This document shows, in pieces, positions 54,335-64,000 of a stretch of DNA of 64,000 nucleotides (its first letter is position 1; the number at the start of each line of letters is the position of its first letter). A program made the translations under genes and the position numbers. Below the pieces are notes generated by a model, which worked only from the letters and a program-made list of their open reading frames with translations, was not told where the DNA came from and did not search any database. The stretch spans positions 224,001 through 288,000 of the forward strand of contig CAWDRG010000005.1 of assembly GCA_963804645.1 (NCBI GenBank), written 5' to 3'. The DNA comes from an uncultured Bacillota bacterium (GTDB lineage Bacteria; Sysuimicrobiota; Sysuimicrobiia; Sysuimicrobiales; Segetimicrobiaceae).

Positions 54335-55930
54335 TTACTGCTTGACGATGTGCGTGAAATCGATGAAGTTCACCGGGTCGAACGCGAGACTCTGGATCCG
54401 CTTCGACACCCCGAACGACAGCAGCGGCTGGTACAGCATCGCGAACGGGCCGTTCTGATTCATCCCGTCGTTGATCTGCTTGTAGAGCCCGGCCCGCTCA
54501 GGTGTGTTCGTCAACCCGCCCGCCTGCTCGGCGAGCTTGGAGAGCGGATCGTTGTAAAACTGGACGCGCCAGGCCAGCGACTTCTGCGTGTAGTCCGCGA
54601 ACGGCTTGGCGAAGTCATCCGGGTCGGGATAGTCGACGAACCAGCTCTGAATGATCATCTGGGTCTTCTGGGCCCGGTACAGGCCCAGCTTCTCCGAGGT
54701 CACCAGCTGCCGCACGTCCACGCGGATCCCGACTGCGGCGAGGTCGTTCTTGATCTTGGAGGCAAGGTCGCCGGAGGACACGCCGCCCGGCTCCGTGCCG
54801 GTCGAGGCGAGCAGCTCGACGTTGAACCCGCTGGCGAAGCCGGCCTCCGACAGCAGCTGCTTCGCCTTCGCCACGTCGTGCACGGGCAGTGATGCGTCGT
54901 ACCCGAACAGTCCCTTCGGGATCACGCCCTGCAGCGGCGCCCCGTTGCCCGCGATCAGGTCGTTGATGATGCCGTTGTAGTCGATGGCGTACTTCACGGC
55001 CTGCAAGACCTGCGCCTTGCCGAACGCCGGGACGTTCTTCACGTCCATCCCGAGGTACTCCATGGCCAGGTTCGGGGTCGACGCGACGTAGAACCCCGAG
55101 CTGCGCTTCAGATCCGCGAGCTGCTGGGACGTCAGCGTCCAGGCGATGTCCGCATCACCCCGGTTCAGCACCTGCTGCTGCACCGTGCTTTCCATAATGT
55201 TCGGGAACACGATGCGCTTGACCGTAGGCGCCGGTCCGAGATTGTAATTCGGATTGGCGACGAGATCGATCGTTACCTGGCGCTGCCACTCCGCGAGCAT
55301 GTACGGACCGCTGCCCGCCGAGTGATCGTTCAGCCACGCGGTCCCGAAGTCGCCCCCCTGGATGTGGGCACGCACCGTCTTGCTGTCGACAATGCTCACG
55401 ACCGGGTTGGCCATGATCGACAGGAACGCCCCGGGGCTGAACGCGGTGGGCACGTTGATCACCACCGTGTACGGGTCGGGCGCCGTGACCGCGGTCGCGA
55501 CGTTCTTATCGTCGATCCCCATCTGGGTAATCAGCCAGGACGCGGGATCCTTCGGGAGGGTCACCACGCGCTGGAAACTGTACAGCACGTCGTCCGCGGT
55601 CAGCGTGTTGCCGCTGGAAAACTTGATACCGTGCCTCAGGTGGAAGGTGAACGTCCGGCCGTCCTTGCTCACGTCCCACGATGAGGCGACGTCGGGTCCG
55701 ACCTGCGTCAGCTTGCCGATCGGAAACTTGACGAGCGTGGAATACATCGGCAGCACCGCGACGATGCCGGACTCCTCGTACGCGAGGTTGGGGTCCAGCG
55801 TGATCGCGTCCGAGATGTCCTTGGCGACGACCACCGTCTGCTGAGGGCCGTACCCGGCCGAGCTGCCCGGCACTACCCCCCAGACACCCAACAGGAAGAT
55901 CGCAATAACGATCAGGGCGAGTTTTTTCAT
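54335..55930 (-). CDS. Peptide ABC substrate-binding protein (DppA-like)
   Basis: Signal peptide MKKLALI..., TLDP, FHLRHGIKFSSGN.LTADDV, GSGPY. Confidence 0.92.
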   Translation of the reverse strand: MKKLALIVIAIFLLGVWGVVPGSSAGYGPQQTVVVAKDISDAITLDPNLAYEESGIVAVLPMYSTLVKFPIGKLTQVGPDVASSWDVSKDGRTFTFHLRHGIKFSSGNTLTADDVLYSFQRVVTLPKDPASWLITQMGIDDKNVATAVTAPDPYTVVINVPTAFSPGAFLSIMANPVVSIVDSKTVRAHIQGGDFGTAWLNDHSAGSGPYMLAEWQRQVTIDLVANPNYNLGPAPTVKRIVFPNIMESTVQQQVLNRGDADIAWTLTSQQLADLKRSSGFYVASTPNLAMEYLGMDVKNVPAFGKAQVLQAVKYAIDYNGIINDLIAGNGAPLQGVIPKGLFGYDASLPVHDVAKAKQLLSEAGFASGFNVELLASTGTEPGGVSSGDLASKIKNDLAAVGIRVDVRQLVTSEKLGLYRAQKTQMIIQSWFVDYPDPDDFAKPFADYTQKSLAWRVQFYNDPLSKLAEQAGGLTNTPERAGLYKQINDGMNQNGPFAMLYQPLLSFGVSKRIQSLAFDPVNFIDFTHIVKQ

Positions 55931-56085
55931 CAGCCACTCCTCCTTGGTCACACCACGCAGGGTACCGAGCGGCAGGGCACCTTGTCGCTTGTGACCAAGT
56001 TCGGCGGGTGGCAGGCGTTTCCTCTATCCGGCCCGCGCCCGGCGGGCGGCAGGGCCCCTCGACGCCCGGTCCTCGTGCCCCCCGG

Positions 56086-56736
56086 TCACCCGTCGGAGGA
56101 TGGGGCTTCGGTCCCCGGTCCCGCGTCCGGACCGCTGCCCCAGGCGAGCGCCGGCAGCGACTGGTCGATCGCGAAGGTCGCGAAGGCCATCACGGCCGCC
56201 CGCGAGTGAAATGGCAGCCGTTCCGCGACCCCGAGCTTGGCAATCCCGTGCACCAGCGACCAGGCCACGAGCGCCCGGCGAAGCGTGTCCCCCGCCGGGA
56301 GCGCCCCGTCGCGCTGACACGCCTCGATGCATTCGACGAGCGTCCCAAATGCCTGCGCCGCGGCCTCCGCCAGCCCCGGATCCAACGCCGCGGGCGCCGG
56401 CGCGTCAAACATGACCGCAAAGTGGGCCGGCCGCCGCAGCGCAAACGACACATAACCCGAGCCGACGCGCCGGAGGCGGTCGAGCGCCGTGGCGCGCGGG
56501 GCGACCGCGTCCCGCATCGCCTGTGTGAGCTCCCGGAACCCTTGGGCCGCGACGGCCGCGAGCAGCGCGTCCTTATCCCGAAAGTGGCGGTACGGCGCGT
56601 TGTGCGACACTCCCGCCCTCCGGGCGACCTCGCGCAGCGTGAATCCGCTCGGTCCGACCTCCGCGATCAGATCGATCGCCGCGCCGAGCAGGGTCTCCCG
56701 CAGATCCCCGTGATGGTACGGTCGTGTGCGCCGCAT
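56086..56736 (-). CDS. TetR family regulator (WHG-like C-terminal domain)
   Basis: YHHGDLR, LREVARRAGVSHNAPYRHF, WSLVHG. Confidence 0.92.
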   Translation of the reverse strand: MRRTRPYHHGDLRETLLGAAIDLIAEVGPSGFTLREVARRAGVSHNAPYRHFRDKDALLAAVAAQGFRELTQAMRDAVAPRATALDRLRRVGSGYVSFALRRPAHFAVMFDAPAPAALDPGLAEAAAQAFGTLVECIEACQRDGALPAGDTLRRALVAWSLVHGIAKLGVAERLPFHSRAAVMAFATFAIDQSLPALAWGSGPDAGPGTEAPSSDG

Positions 56737-56758
56737 CTCTGCTTCCCTATACCACAAA

Positions 56759-56811
56759 ATGTTGACATGAGCAACATCGTGCGGTACCATAGATGTGGAC
56801 AGTGACCACAT
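56759..56811 (+). promoter_or_regulatory. Promoter overlapped by two TetR-type operators
   Basis: TTGACA (56762)-N17-TACCAT (56785). Palindromes ATGTTG-N7-CAACAT (56759-56777) and ATGTGG-N7-CCACAT (56793-56811). Confidence 0.8.
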
Positions 56812-56838
56812 TCGTCCGCAGTTGGGGAGGAAATTTCC

Positions 56839-58482
56839 ATGACGCACGTCGGCACCCCGTACAAGCAGCGCCCCCTCGAAGACACCTACGACGCAGTCGT
56901 GATCGGGTCGGGCGTCGGCGGCCTAACGGCCGCCGCCCTGCTCGCGAAGCACGCCGGCAAGCGGGTGCTGGTCCTGGAGCGCCACTACACGGCCGGGGGG
57001 TTCACCCACGTGTTCCGGCGGCCGAAATATGAATGGGACGTTGGCGTCCACTACGTCGGCCGCGTCAACGTGCCAGGCTCCGACGTGCGCGCCGCGTTTG
57101 ATCATGTGACGGACGGCCGCCTCCGGTGGCACGCGATGCCGGACGTGTACGACCGCGTGCAGATCGCGGACCGCCATTATGACTTTCCGACCGGCCTCGA
57201 GCGGTTCCGCGACCGCATGCGCGGGTACTTCCCCAACGAAGCGGCGGCGATCGATCGGTACCTCGGCGCCGTCCTCGCCGCGAATCGGGCCAGCACGCCC
57301 TACATGGCCGAGCGCGCCCTGCCCGCCGCGGTCGCGCGGCTGATCGGCGGCACGATGCGCGCGGGCTTTCTGCGGTACGCCGACCGCACCACCGGCGAGG
57401 TGCTGCACGAGTGCACCCGCGACCCCGAGCTGACCGCCGTGCTCACCGGTCAGTGGGGTGACTACGGGCTCCCGCCCGCGCAGAGCAGCTTCGCGATGCA
57501 CGCCGCGGTCGTCTCCCACTACCTTGAGGGCGCGGCGTACCCGGTCGGCGGCGCGTCCGAGATCGCCTCGAGCATCGCGCCCGCCATCGAAGCAGCCGGT
57601 GGAGACATCGTGGTCGCCGCGGAGGTGGCTGAGATCCTGCTCGATCGACGCGGCCGCGCCGCCGGCGTGCGGATGGCGGACGGGCGTGACATCCGCAGCC
57701 CCCTCGTGATCAGCGACGCCGGCGCGGTCAACACGTTCGCCCGGCTGCTCCCTCCGGGGTGCGGCCCGGCGCGCAGGGTGCTCGAGGAGATCAAGGACAT
57801 TCCTCCCTCCCTCAGCCACGTGTGCCTCTATGTGGGCCTCACGCGCGGCCCAGGCAGCCCGGAGTTCGATGCGACCAATCTCTGGATCTACGAGGGGCCC
57901 GACCACGACGCGGCGCTCGCGCGCTTCACCGCCGATCCGGAAGCCCCCTGGCCGTTCCTGTTCATGTCCTTCCCGTCGGCGAAGGATCCGACGTTCGCCG
58001 ATCGCTATCCGGGCCGTGCCACGATCGAGATCGTCGCGCCGATGCCCTACCGCAGCGTCGCCCCCTGGGCGGAGACGGGCTGGCGGCGGCGCGGCACGAC
58101 CTACGACGCGTTCAAGCAGGCGCTCGCCGCTCGGCTCCTCGACGCGCTCGACCACCACGTGCCGAGCGTGCGCGGCCGGATCGACTACACCGAACTGTCG
58201 ACGCCGCTCTCCACCCGACACTTCGCCAACTACGCGCACGGCGAGATCTACGGCCTCGCGGCGGTGCCGGCGCGGTTTCGCGTGCGCACGTTCGGTGCGC
58301 GCACGCCCATCCCGAATCTGTACCTGACGGGGCAGGACGCGTGCAGCGCGGGCGTCACCGGCGCGCTGTTCGGCGGGGTCCTCGCGGCGTCGGCGATCCT
58401 GGGTCGCAACCTCGCTGCGGTAGTGACGCGGCCGGCCCGCCGGCCCGCCGCGAATCTCGCAACGCTCCCCCGGGCGTCATAG
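56839..58482 (+). CDS. FAD-dependent oxidoreductase, phytoene desaturase/retinol saturase family
   Basis: IGSGVGGL, ERHYTAGG, WDVGVHY, STPLST, NLYLTGQD. Confidence 0.88.
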   Translation: MTHVGTPYKQRPLEDTYDAVVIGSGVGGLTAAALLAKHAGKRVLVLERHYTAGGFTHVFRRPKYEWDVGVHYVGRVNVPGSDVRAAFDHVTDGRLRWHAMPDVYDRVQIADRHYDFPTGLERFRDRMRGYFPNEAAAIDRYLGAVLAANRASTPYMAERALPAAVARLIGGTMRAGFLRYADRTTGEVLHECTRDPELTAVLTGQWGDYGLPPAQSSFAMHAAVVSHYLEGAAYPVGGASEIASSIAPAIEAAGGDIVVAAEVAEILLDRRGRAAGVRMADGRDIRSPLVISDAGAVNTFARLLPPGCGPARRVLEEIKDIPPSLSHVCLYVGLTRGPGSPEFDATNLWIYEGPDHDAALARFTADPEAPWPFLFMSFPSAKDPTFADRYPGRATIEIVAPMPYRSVAPWAETGWRRRGTTYDAFKQALAARLLDALDHHVPSVRGRIDYTELSTPLSTRHFANYAHGEIYGLAAVPARFRVRTFGARTPIPNLYLTGQDACSAGVTGALFGGVLAASAILGRNLAAVVTRPARRPAANLATLPRAS

Positions 58483-58719
58483 CCGCGCCGCACTCGTCTC
58501 GCGCGGCCAGCCGACGGAGTAGGAGCCGATGGTCGCGGATCCGACCAGAAGACGGGGTGCGGCGATGGCTCTAGCAGTCGATTCCACCGCGTGGACGCGA
58601 GCGTGAACATCTCACGTGACGACCGTTGCCCGGGCGCGCCCAGCGGCGTTTTCGCGATGCACGTGCTCGTCGGGACGTGAGCGCGACGAGCGTCCGGGGC
58701 GATGTGGTGCTCGGTGAGC

Positions 58720-58890
58720 TCAGCGCGCGGGGCGGCGCTCGAGCCCAAGCGCCCTCTTTACGGCGTCCGGAAACGTCCGGGATGCGATTTTCCCGGGGGC
58801 GACGGCGATCACGTACATATCATTGATGTTCACCATCAGCGCGGCGGCGCCACACAACACCGCGGCACACACAGATCTGTTGATCGCCAT
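58720..58890 (-). CDS. Small ORF (56 aa), not in the ORF track; possible peptide or gene remnant
   Basis: GAGGAG RBS just upstream of the ATG; MAINRSVCAAVLCGAAALMVNINDMYVIAVAPGKIASRTFPDAVKRALGLERRPAR. Confidence 0.45.
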   Translation of the reverse strand: MAINRSVCAAVLCGAAALMVNINDMYVIAVAPGKIASRTFPDAVKRALGLERRPAR

Positions 58891-59054
58891 AGTCTCCTCG
58901 GGGGGGGATTTGCGCCATGTGTTCGACTCATCTTTCGCGGCCCCCTACAGACGCCGGACGCAGGCGTGCGGGCCCGTCCGGACAGGAGCGCCCGCCGAGG
59001 ATCAGGCGCCGACCTGATTGTGCGACGCCCACCGCCGTCCGTATACTTGCGGCA

Positions 59055-60216
59055 ATGCACACCCACGGCGCGCCCGGCGCCCTCGATTTTGCACAGCGGC
59101 CGCTTCTCGTATTCTGGGAAACGACCCGCGCCTGCGCCCTCGCCTGCCGCCACTGCCGCGCCTCGGCGCTGCACGATCCGCTGCCGGGAGAACTGACGAC
59201 GGCGGAGGGAGAAGCGCTCATCGACGAGGTCGCGCGGTTCGGGACCCCGCCCCCCGTCGTCGTGTTCACGGGCGGGGACTGCCTTGAGCGCCGCGACCTC
59301 GACCATCTGGTCGCCCGCGCGGCGGCCCACGGCCTTCGCCTGGCCCTGGCACCGTCGGTCACGCCGGCGCTGACGCCGGACCGGCTCGCGCCCCTGCGCG
59401 CTCTCGGCGCGCGGGCGGTGTCGATCAGCCTCGACGGCGCGCGCCCGGACACGCACGACGCGATCCGAGGGGTCCCCGGCCACTTCGCGCGGACCGTCGA
59501 GGCGCTCCGCCTGCTCGCGTCGGAGGGGTTCGCGGTCCAGGTCAACACGACCGTCATGCGCCGGAACGTCGGGGAACTCGCGGATGTCGCCGCGCTCCTG
59601 CGGGACACGGGCGTCCATATTTGGGAGGTGTTCTTCCTCATCGCCGTCGGGCGGGGCATCGACTGCGATGAGCTCTCACCCCAGCAGCACGAGGACGTCT
59701 GCCACTGGCTCGTCGACGCGGCGCGCCGCGGCCTCGTCGTCCGCACCGTCGAAGCGCCATTCTACCGCCGCGTCGCGCTCCAGCGGGCGGACATCGGCAC
59801 GGGGGACGTCCGGCAGACCTTCCGCCTTGGACCGCTGTACGATCAACTCGCCGTCCGACTCGACGCGCTCCTGGGCGGTCCGACGCGGGCGCCGGCGGCG
59901 CCGACCATGGGAACGCGGGACGGCCACGGCATCGTCTTCATCGCGCACAACGGGGATGTGTATCCCTCGGGCTTCCTGCCCGTACCGCTCGGCAACGTGC
60001 GCACAACCCCGCTCGTGGACCTGTACCGCGATCACCCGCTGCTCCATGCGATTCGCCGCGCGGAGTTTTCGGGGCGATGCGGCGACTGCCGGTTTGCCCA
60101 GACTGTGCGGCGGATCTCGCGCACGCGCGTACGCGCGCACGGGGAATCCGCTCGCCAGCGACCCCGCGTGCCCGTACCCCGTCGTGACCAGGACGCCGGT
60201 CGGCACCGCGCAGTGA
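59055..60216 (+). pseudogene. Radical SAM/SPASM protein (TIGR04053/AhbD-NirJ-like) with a frameshift near the 3' end
   Basis: WETTRACALACRHCRA (CxxxCxxC), FTGGD, SISLDG, QVNTTV. The SPASM motif CGDCRF..|LCGGSRARA..DPAC is split across two frames at ~60097-60102. Confidence 0.8.
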
Positions 60217-60307
60217 CGCGCGGGCACGCGTCCCAAGCCCTGCCGTGATCGTTGGACCCGGCCGCCCAGCACGCCGCGCCGCCGGCCCGCCGGAAGTCCC
60301 CGCGCCC

Positions 60308-61219
60308 CTACCGTCCGACGAACAGGGGGTTGGTCCAGGCGCGCTCGCCGCTCGGGCCCACCACGTCGATGCGCACGAAGCGCTCCCGTCCCCGCAGCGT
60401 GAGGCGGGCGTGGGCGACCGGCGCGTCCTCGGCGAGGACCCGTTTGCCCCACCGCGCGTCGCACATGAACCGCACCTCGCGGGCGCCGGGCGCACCGATG
60501 TGGACGTCGACGGTCTCCCCGTCGATCCTGACGTCGTCCAGCACGGCCCCGGTGGACGCGTAGAACGCGCCGTCGCGCAGCGCCCCCACGACGGCGTCCG
60601 GGGTCAAGGCGCCCGCCCGCAGCATCGTCCACGCCCGGCCGCTGTCGCCCCACCGCCAGTGGGTGTCGTCGTTCGCGATGCCGAACATCGGCTTGCCCGC
60701 GGTCAGGCAGTCGTCCCAGTGGACGCCGCCGTCGCCCTTGGCGATGTCCAGATCCACGTTGGTGTTGTAGACTTCGAGGCCGATGATCCCGTCGAGCGGC
60801 AGCAGGTCGTCGACCACGAGGTTGCTCCAGTACGGGTGCGCGACGAACGCGACGGCGCCGGCCTGGCGCAGGCGGTCCACGACCTCCTGCGCGGGCAGCG
60901 CGTGGCGCGACGCGGCGTCCCTGGGCAGGTCGATCATGCCGCGCAGCCCGATCCCGACGATGTGATAGGGCTCGCCGAACCGGGCGCGGCCCGCGTCGAC
61001 CTCAATCCCCGGGACCAGCACCATGGCGCGGCCCGCGGCCGGCCGCGCTGACGTAAGCCGGTTGTGGTCCGTGATCGCCAGCGCGTCGTACCCGTGGTCC
61101 GCGTACCAGGCGACCGCGTCCTCGACCGACAGGCCCCCGTCGGACTCCGTCGTATGGCAGTGAAACATGCCCCGGTACCACCGACCGGGGAGCGCGAACG
61201 GATTCAGACAATTCGTCAC
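60308..61219 (-). CDS. PHP-domain metallophosphoesterase (CehA/McbA-like)
   Basis: FHCHTTESDG, AITDHN, AHPYW, LEVYN, ANDDTH. Confidence 0.87.
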   Translation of the reverse strand: MTNCLNPFALPGRWYRGMFHCHTTESDGGLSVEDAVAWYADHGYDALAITDHNRLTSARPAAGRAMVLVPGIEVDAGRARFGEPYHIVGIGLRGMIDLPRDAASRHALPAQEVVDRLRQAGAVAFVAHPYWSNLVVDDLLPLDGIIGLEVYNTNVDLDIAKGDGGVHWDDCLTAGKPMFGIANDDTHWRWGDSGRAWTMLRAGALTPDAVVGALRDGAFYASTGAVLDDVRIDGETVDVHIGAPGAREVRFMCDARWGKRVLAEDAPVAHARLTLRGRERFVRIDVVGPSGERAWTNPLFVGR

Positions 61220-61229
61220 GGCGCCTCCT

Positions 61230-62765
61230 TCACGGCGTGTCGAGCCAGCCGCGCGTACGCGCGACGGCGCGCTTCCACATGGCATAGCCGCTGTCGCGCT
61301 CGTCGGCCGACCACTGCGGCTCGAACGTCCGGTCCACCGCCCAGTGCTGCGCGACCGCTTCCAGCGACGCCCACACTCCCCGCGCCAACCCGGCGGCGTA
61401 CGCCGCGCCGAGCGCCGTCGTCTCGCTGACCCTCGGGCGCACGACCGGGACTCCCAGCACGTCGGCCTGCAGCTGCATCAGCAGGTCGTTCCGGGACGCT
61501 CCCCCGTCGACGCGCAGGCTCGGGAGGGCGAGCGCGGAGTCCGCGGCCATCGCGTCGACGACCTCGCGCGTCTGGTAGCAGATCGCCTCGAGCGTCGCGC
61601 GGACCAGATGCGCCCGCGTCGCGTAGCGGGTCAGGCCGACGATGGCCCCCCGGGCCGTCATGTCCCAGTACGGCGCAAAGAGTCCGGAAAACGCCGGGAC
61701 GAAATACACGCCGCCGTTATCAGGCACGGACGCGGCCACCGCCTCGGTCTCCGCCGCGCTCCCGATCAGACCGAGGTTGTCCCGGAGCCACTGCACCGCC
61801 GATCCGGCGACCGCGATGGATCCTTCGAGCGCGTAGGCGATCTCGCCCGGCAGGGCGTACGCCGTCGTCGACAGGAGCCCGCTCCGGCTCGGCACCGGGG
61901 TCGGGCCGACGTGCTGCAGCAGGAAGCACCCGGTCCCGTACGTATTCTTGGCGTCCCCGGGCGCGCGGCAGGCCTGTCCCACCAGCGCCGCCTGCTGGTC
62001 GCCGAGCGCGCCGCACACCGGCACGCCCAGGCCGAGGGGGCCGTCCGCCCGCGTCTCCCCATACCGCTCGCTGCTGAGCCGAATCGCCGGCAGCACGGCC
62101 TCGGGGATCCCGAACAGCGCGAGCATCTCGGGGTCCCAGGCGCGGGACCGCAGGTTCATCAACTGGGTGCGGGACGCGTTCGTGACGTCGGTGACGTGCA
62201 CGCCGCCCGCGGGCCCGCCCGTCAGCCACCAAATCAACCACGCGTCGATCGTGCCGAGGCAAAGGTCACCGCGCTCGGCGCGGCTCCGCGCGTCGGGGAT
62301 GTGCTCGAGCAGCCAGGCCGCCTTCGAGGCCGAAAAATAGGTGGCGACCGGCAGCCCGGTCCGCTCGCGGATCATGGGCTCCAGGCCGCGCCGGATCAGA
62401 TCCGCGCAGAACTCGCGCGTGCGGGTGTCCTGCCAGACCAGCGCATGGTGCACGGGACGGCCAGTGCGGCGGTCCCACAAGAGCACCGTCTCGCGCTGGT
62501 TCGTGATCCCAAGCGCGGCCACGCCCCCGCCCGGAATCCCGTCCAGGGCCGCCCGGGTCACCCGGACCGCGGCCCGCCAGATTTCCTCGGCGTCGTGCTC
62601 CACCCACCCCGGGCGCGGGGTGATCTGCGCGTGCTCGGCGTACTCGGATGTCACGGGCCGCCCGGCCGCATCGAAGACGATGCACCGCGTCCCGGTCGTC
62701 CCCTGATCGATCGCGGCGACGTACGGTCCCGAAGCCGCCGGCGGGGCCGGGCTCACTGCTCCCAC
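61230..62765 (-). CDS. glpK: Glycerol kinase
   Basis: [54 protein letters not shown]. Confidence 0.96.
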   Translation of the reverse strand: MGAVSPAPPAASGPYVAAIDQGTTGTRCIVFDAAGRPVTSEYAEHAQITPRPGWVEHDAEEIWRAAVRVTRAALDGIPGGGVAALGITNQRETVLLWDRRTGRPVHHALVWQDTRTREFCADLIRRGLEPMIRERTGLPVATYFSASKAAWLLEHIPDARSRAERGDLCLGTIDAWLIWWLTGGPAGGVHVTDVTNASRTQLMNLRSRAWDPEMLALFGIPEAVLPAIRLSSERYGETRADGPLGLGVPVCGALGDQQAALVGQACRAPGDAKNTYGTGCFLLQHVGPTPVPSRSGLLSTTAYALPGEIAYALEGSIAVAGSAVQWLRDNLGLIGSAAETEAVAASVPDNGGVYFVPAFSGLFAPYWDMTARGAIVGLTRYATRAHLVRATLEAICYQTREVVDAMAADSALALPSLRVDGGASRNDLLMQLQADVLGVPVVRPRVSETTALGAAYAAGLARGVWASLEAVAQHWAVDRTFEPQWSADERDSGYAMWKRAVARTRGWLDTP

Positions 62766-62844
62766 GCCCGCGTGCCGACGCCCGCCGACATCGGGACGGC
62801 GACCGCCTGGGCCGGTGCGGTCACAGCCCCGGCGGTCGCGTCAC

Positions 62845-64000
62845 TCACTTAATGCCCATCGTGCGGTTGTACGTGGCGATCGCTTGATTGACCAGACCGG
62901 CGCAGTTCGCCAGCGACTGCTGCGCCGTCGACTTCCCCAGGACCGTCGCCTCGATCGCATCCTCCGACCGGGCCCGCGCCTCGGGGAAGACGCCCAGCAG
63001 CCCTCCCTGGGTCGCCTTGTTGATCGGACTACTCCGCAGCTCGCTGATCGCCGTCAGGAACTGCGGGTACTGCGAGAGCGTCTGCTGCGCCACCGGCTGA
63101 TGGTAGGCATCGCGCCGCACCGGGAAGTATCCGGTGGAGACGTACCACGCCGCCTGCTGCTCCGGCGCGGCGATAAACTTAACATACTCCCACGCCGCTT
63201 GCTGCTCCGTCGCGGGCCGGCCGGCGAGAATCCAGACCGACGCGCCCCCGACAATGCTGCCGCCGTTCTTGGCGCTCGGCGGCTTCGGGAAGTATCCGGT
63301 CCCCATCTGGAAGCGCCCGCCGATCCCGGTGAGCAGGCTCTTCACTACGGCCGTCGAGTCCCATGTCATCGCCGTCTGCCCCGCCGCGAACGCGCGCTGG
63401 CTCGCCGCGGTCGGCCGGCCGGGGTTCGTCGCGACGCCCTTTTTCACCATCCCGGCCCACCAGTCCAGAATGCGGGCCCCCTCCGGCTCGTGGTCGTAGA
63501 CGACCGCGGTGGCCTCGGCGTCCCGGCCGTTCCCGTTGTTCACGTACAGGGCGCCCTGGCGCGCCAGCAGCTGTTCGAAGAACCACCCGTAGATCGCGAT
63601 CGTGATCCCCGACGTCGTGGCGCCGCTCTGCACCAGCTTGGTCGCGTACGCTTCGATCTCCTCAAACGTCTGCGGCGGCCGGTTCACGTCGAGCCCCGCC
63701 TTTTGGAACATATCCTTGTTGTAGTACAGGATCGCGGTCGACGTGTTGAACGGCATCGAGTACAGGCGCGACCCGATCCGGTAGTAGCCCAGGATGTTCG
63801 GCTCCAACTGGCTGATGTCGAACTTCTCCTTGTCGATGAACTCCTGCATCGGCACGATCGCCTTGCTGTCGATCATGAAGCGGGTCCCGATGTCGTACAC
63901 CTGGCTCACCGCCGGCACGGACGACGAGCCGAGCGAGGCCCGGAGCTTGTTAATCAGATCGTCGTAGCTGCCCTGGAACTGCGCGTCGACCTGAATGTCC
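62845..64000 (-). CDS. ugpB: UgpB-like (glycerol-3-phosphate) ABC substrate-binding protein; 5' end outside the window
   Basis: FQGSYDD, QVYDIGTRFM, SMPFNTSTAILYYNKD, VGGASVW, TGYFPV; the frame stays open to the window edge. Confidence 0.78.
   Translation of the reverse strand, partial: DIQVDAQFQGSYDDLINKLRASLGSSSVPAVSQVYDIGTRFMIDSKAIVPMQEFIDKEKFDISQLEPNILGYYRIGSRLYSMPFNTSTAILYYNKDMFQKAGLDVNRPPQTFEEIEAYATKLVQSGATTSGITIAIYGWFFEQLLARQGALYVNNGNGRDAEATAVVYDHEPEGARILDWWAGMVKKGVATNPGRPTAASQRAFAAGQTAMTWDSTAVVKSLLTGIGGRFQMGTGYFPKPPSAKNGGSIVGGASVWILAGRPATEQQAAWEYVKFIAAPEQQAAWYVSTGYFPVRRDAYHQPVAQQTLSQYPQFLTAISELRSSPINKATQGGLLGVFPEARARSEDAIEATVLGKSTAQQSLANCAGLVNQAIATYNRTMGIK

Noticed and set aside
59055..60216. 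Radical SAM as the anaerobic sulfatase maturase for the sulfatase at 43.4 kb
   Set aside because: Its motifs (WETTRAC, GGSRARA) fit the TIGR04053/AhbD-like group rather than anSME, and the genes are unlinked.

Overview
High-GC (roughly 70% by eye) bacterial chromosomal segment that is gene-dense and mostly metabolic. In order, it contains: a suf Fe-S operon (sufC-sufB-sufD-Rieske-sufS, minus strand) with a clear promoter and an IscR/Rrf2-like box; a cyclase; TetR-pyrE; a zincin; a NifU-N domain protein; a PknB-like PASTA kinase preceded by a degenerate MNT-HEPN fusion; gltB under a ykkC-family (probably ppGpp-type) riboswitch; a peptidoglycan-recycling cluster (nagA, GNAT, peptide ABC, murQ, anmK, serine hydrolase); DUF779 and aldehyde dehydrogenase; a GH31/sugar-ABC cluster with an 895-aa unknown protein; an amino-sugar/sulfatase cluster; a dpp-type ABC; TetR with an FAD oxidoreductase; a frameshifted radical SAM gene; and ugpB-glpK-PHP. 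The most striking unannotated structure is a duplicated ~2.9-kb module (38135-41012 and 49417-52349). Each copy pairs a Tat-exported TorA/BisC-family molybdoenzyme with a divergently transcribed ~180-nt rod-shaped, 6S-like ncRNA. The RNA fold is supported by compensatory changes between the two copies and by matching promoters. I recognised no CRISPR array, tRNA, rRNA, transposase or integrase. All calls come from reading the sequence; no searches or folding programs were run.
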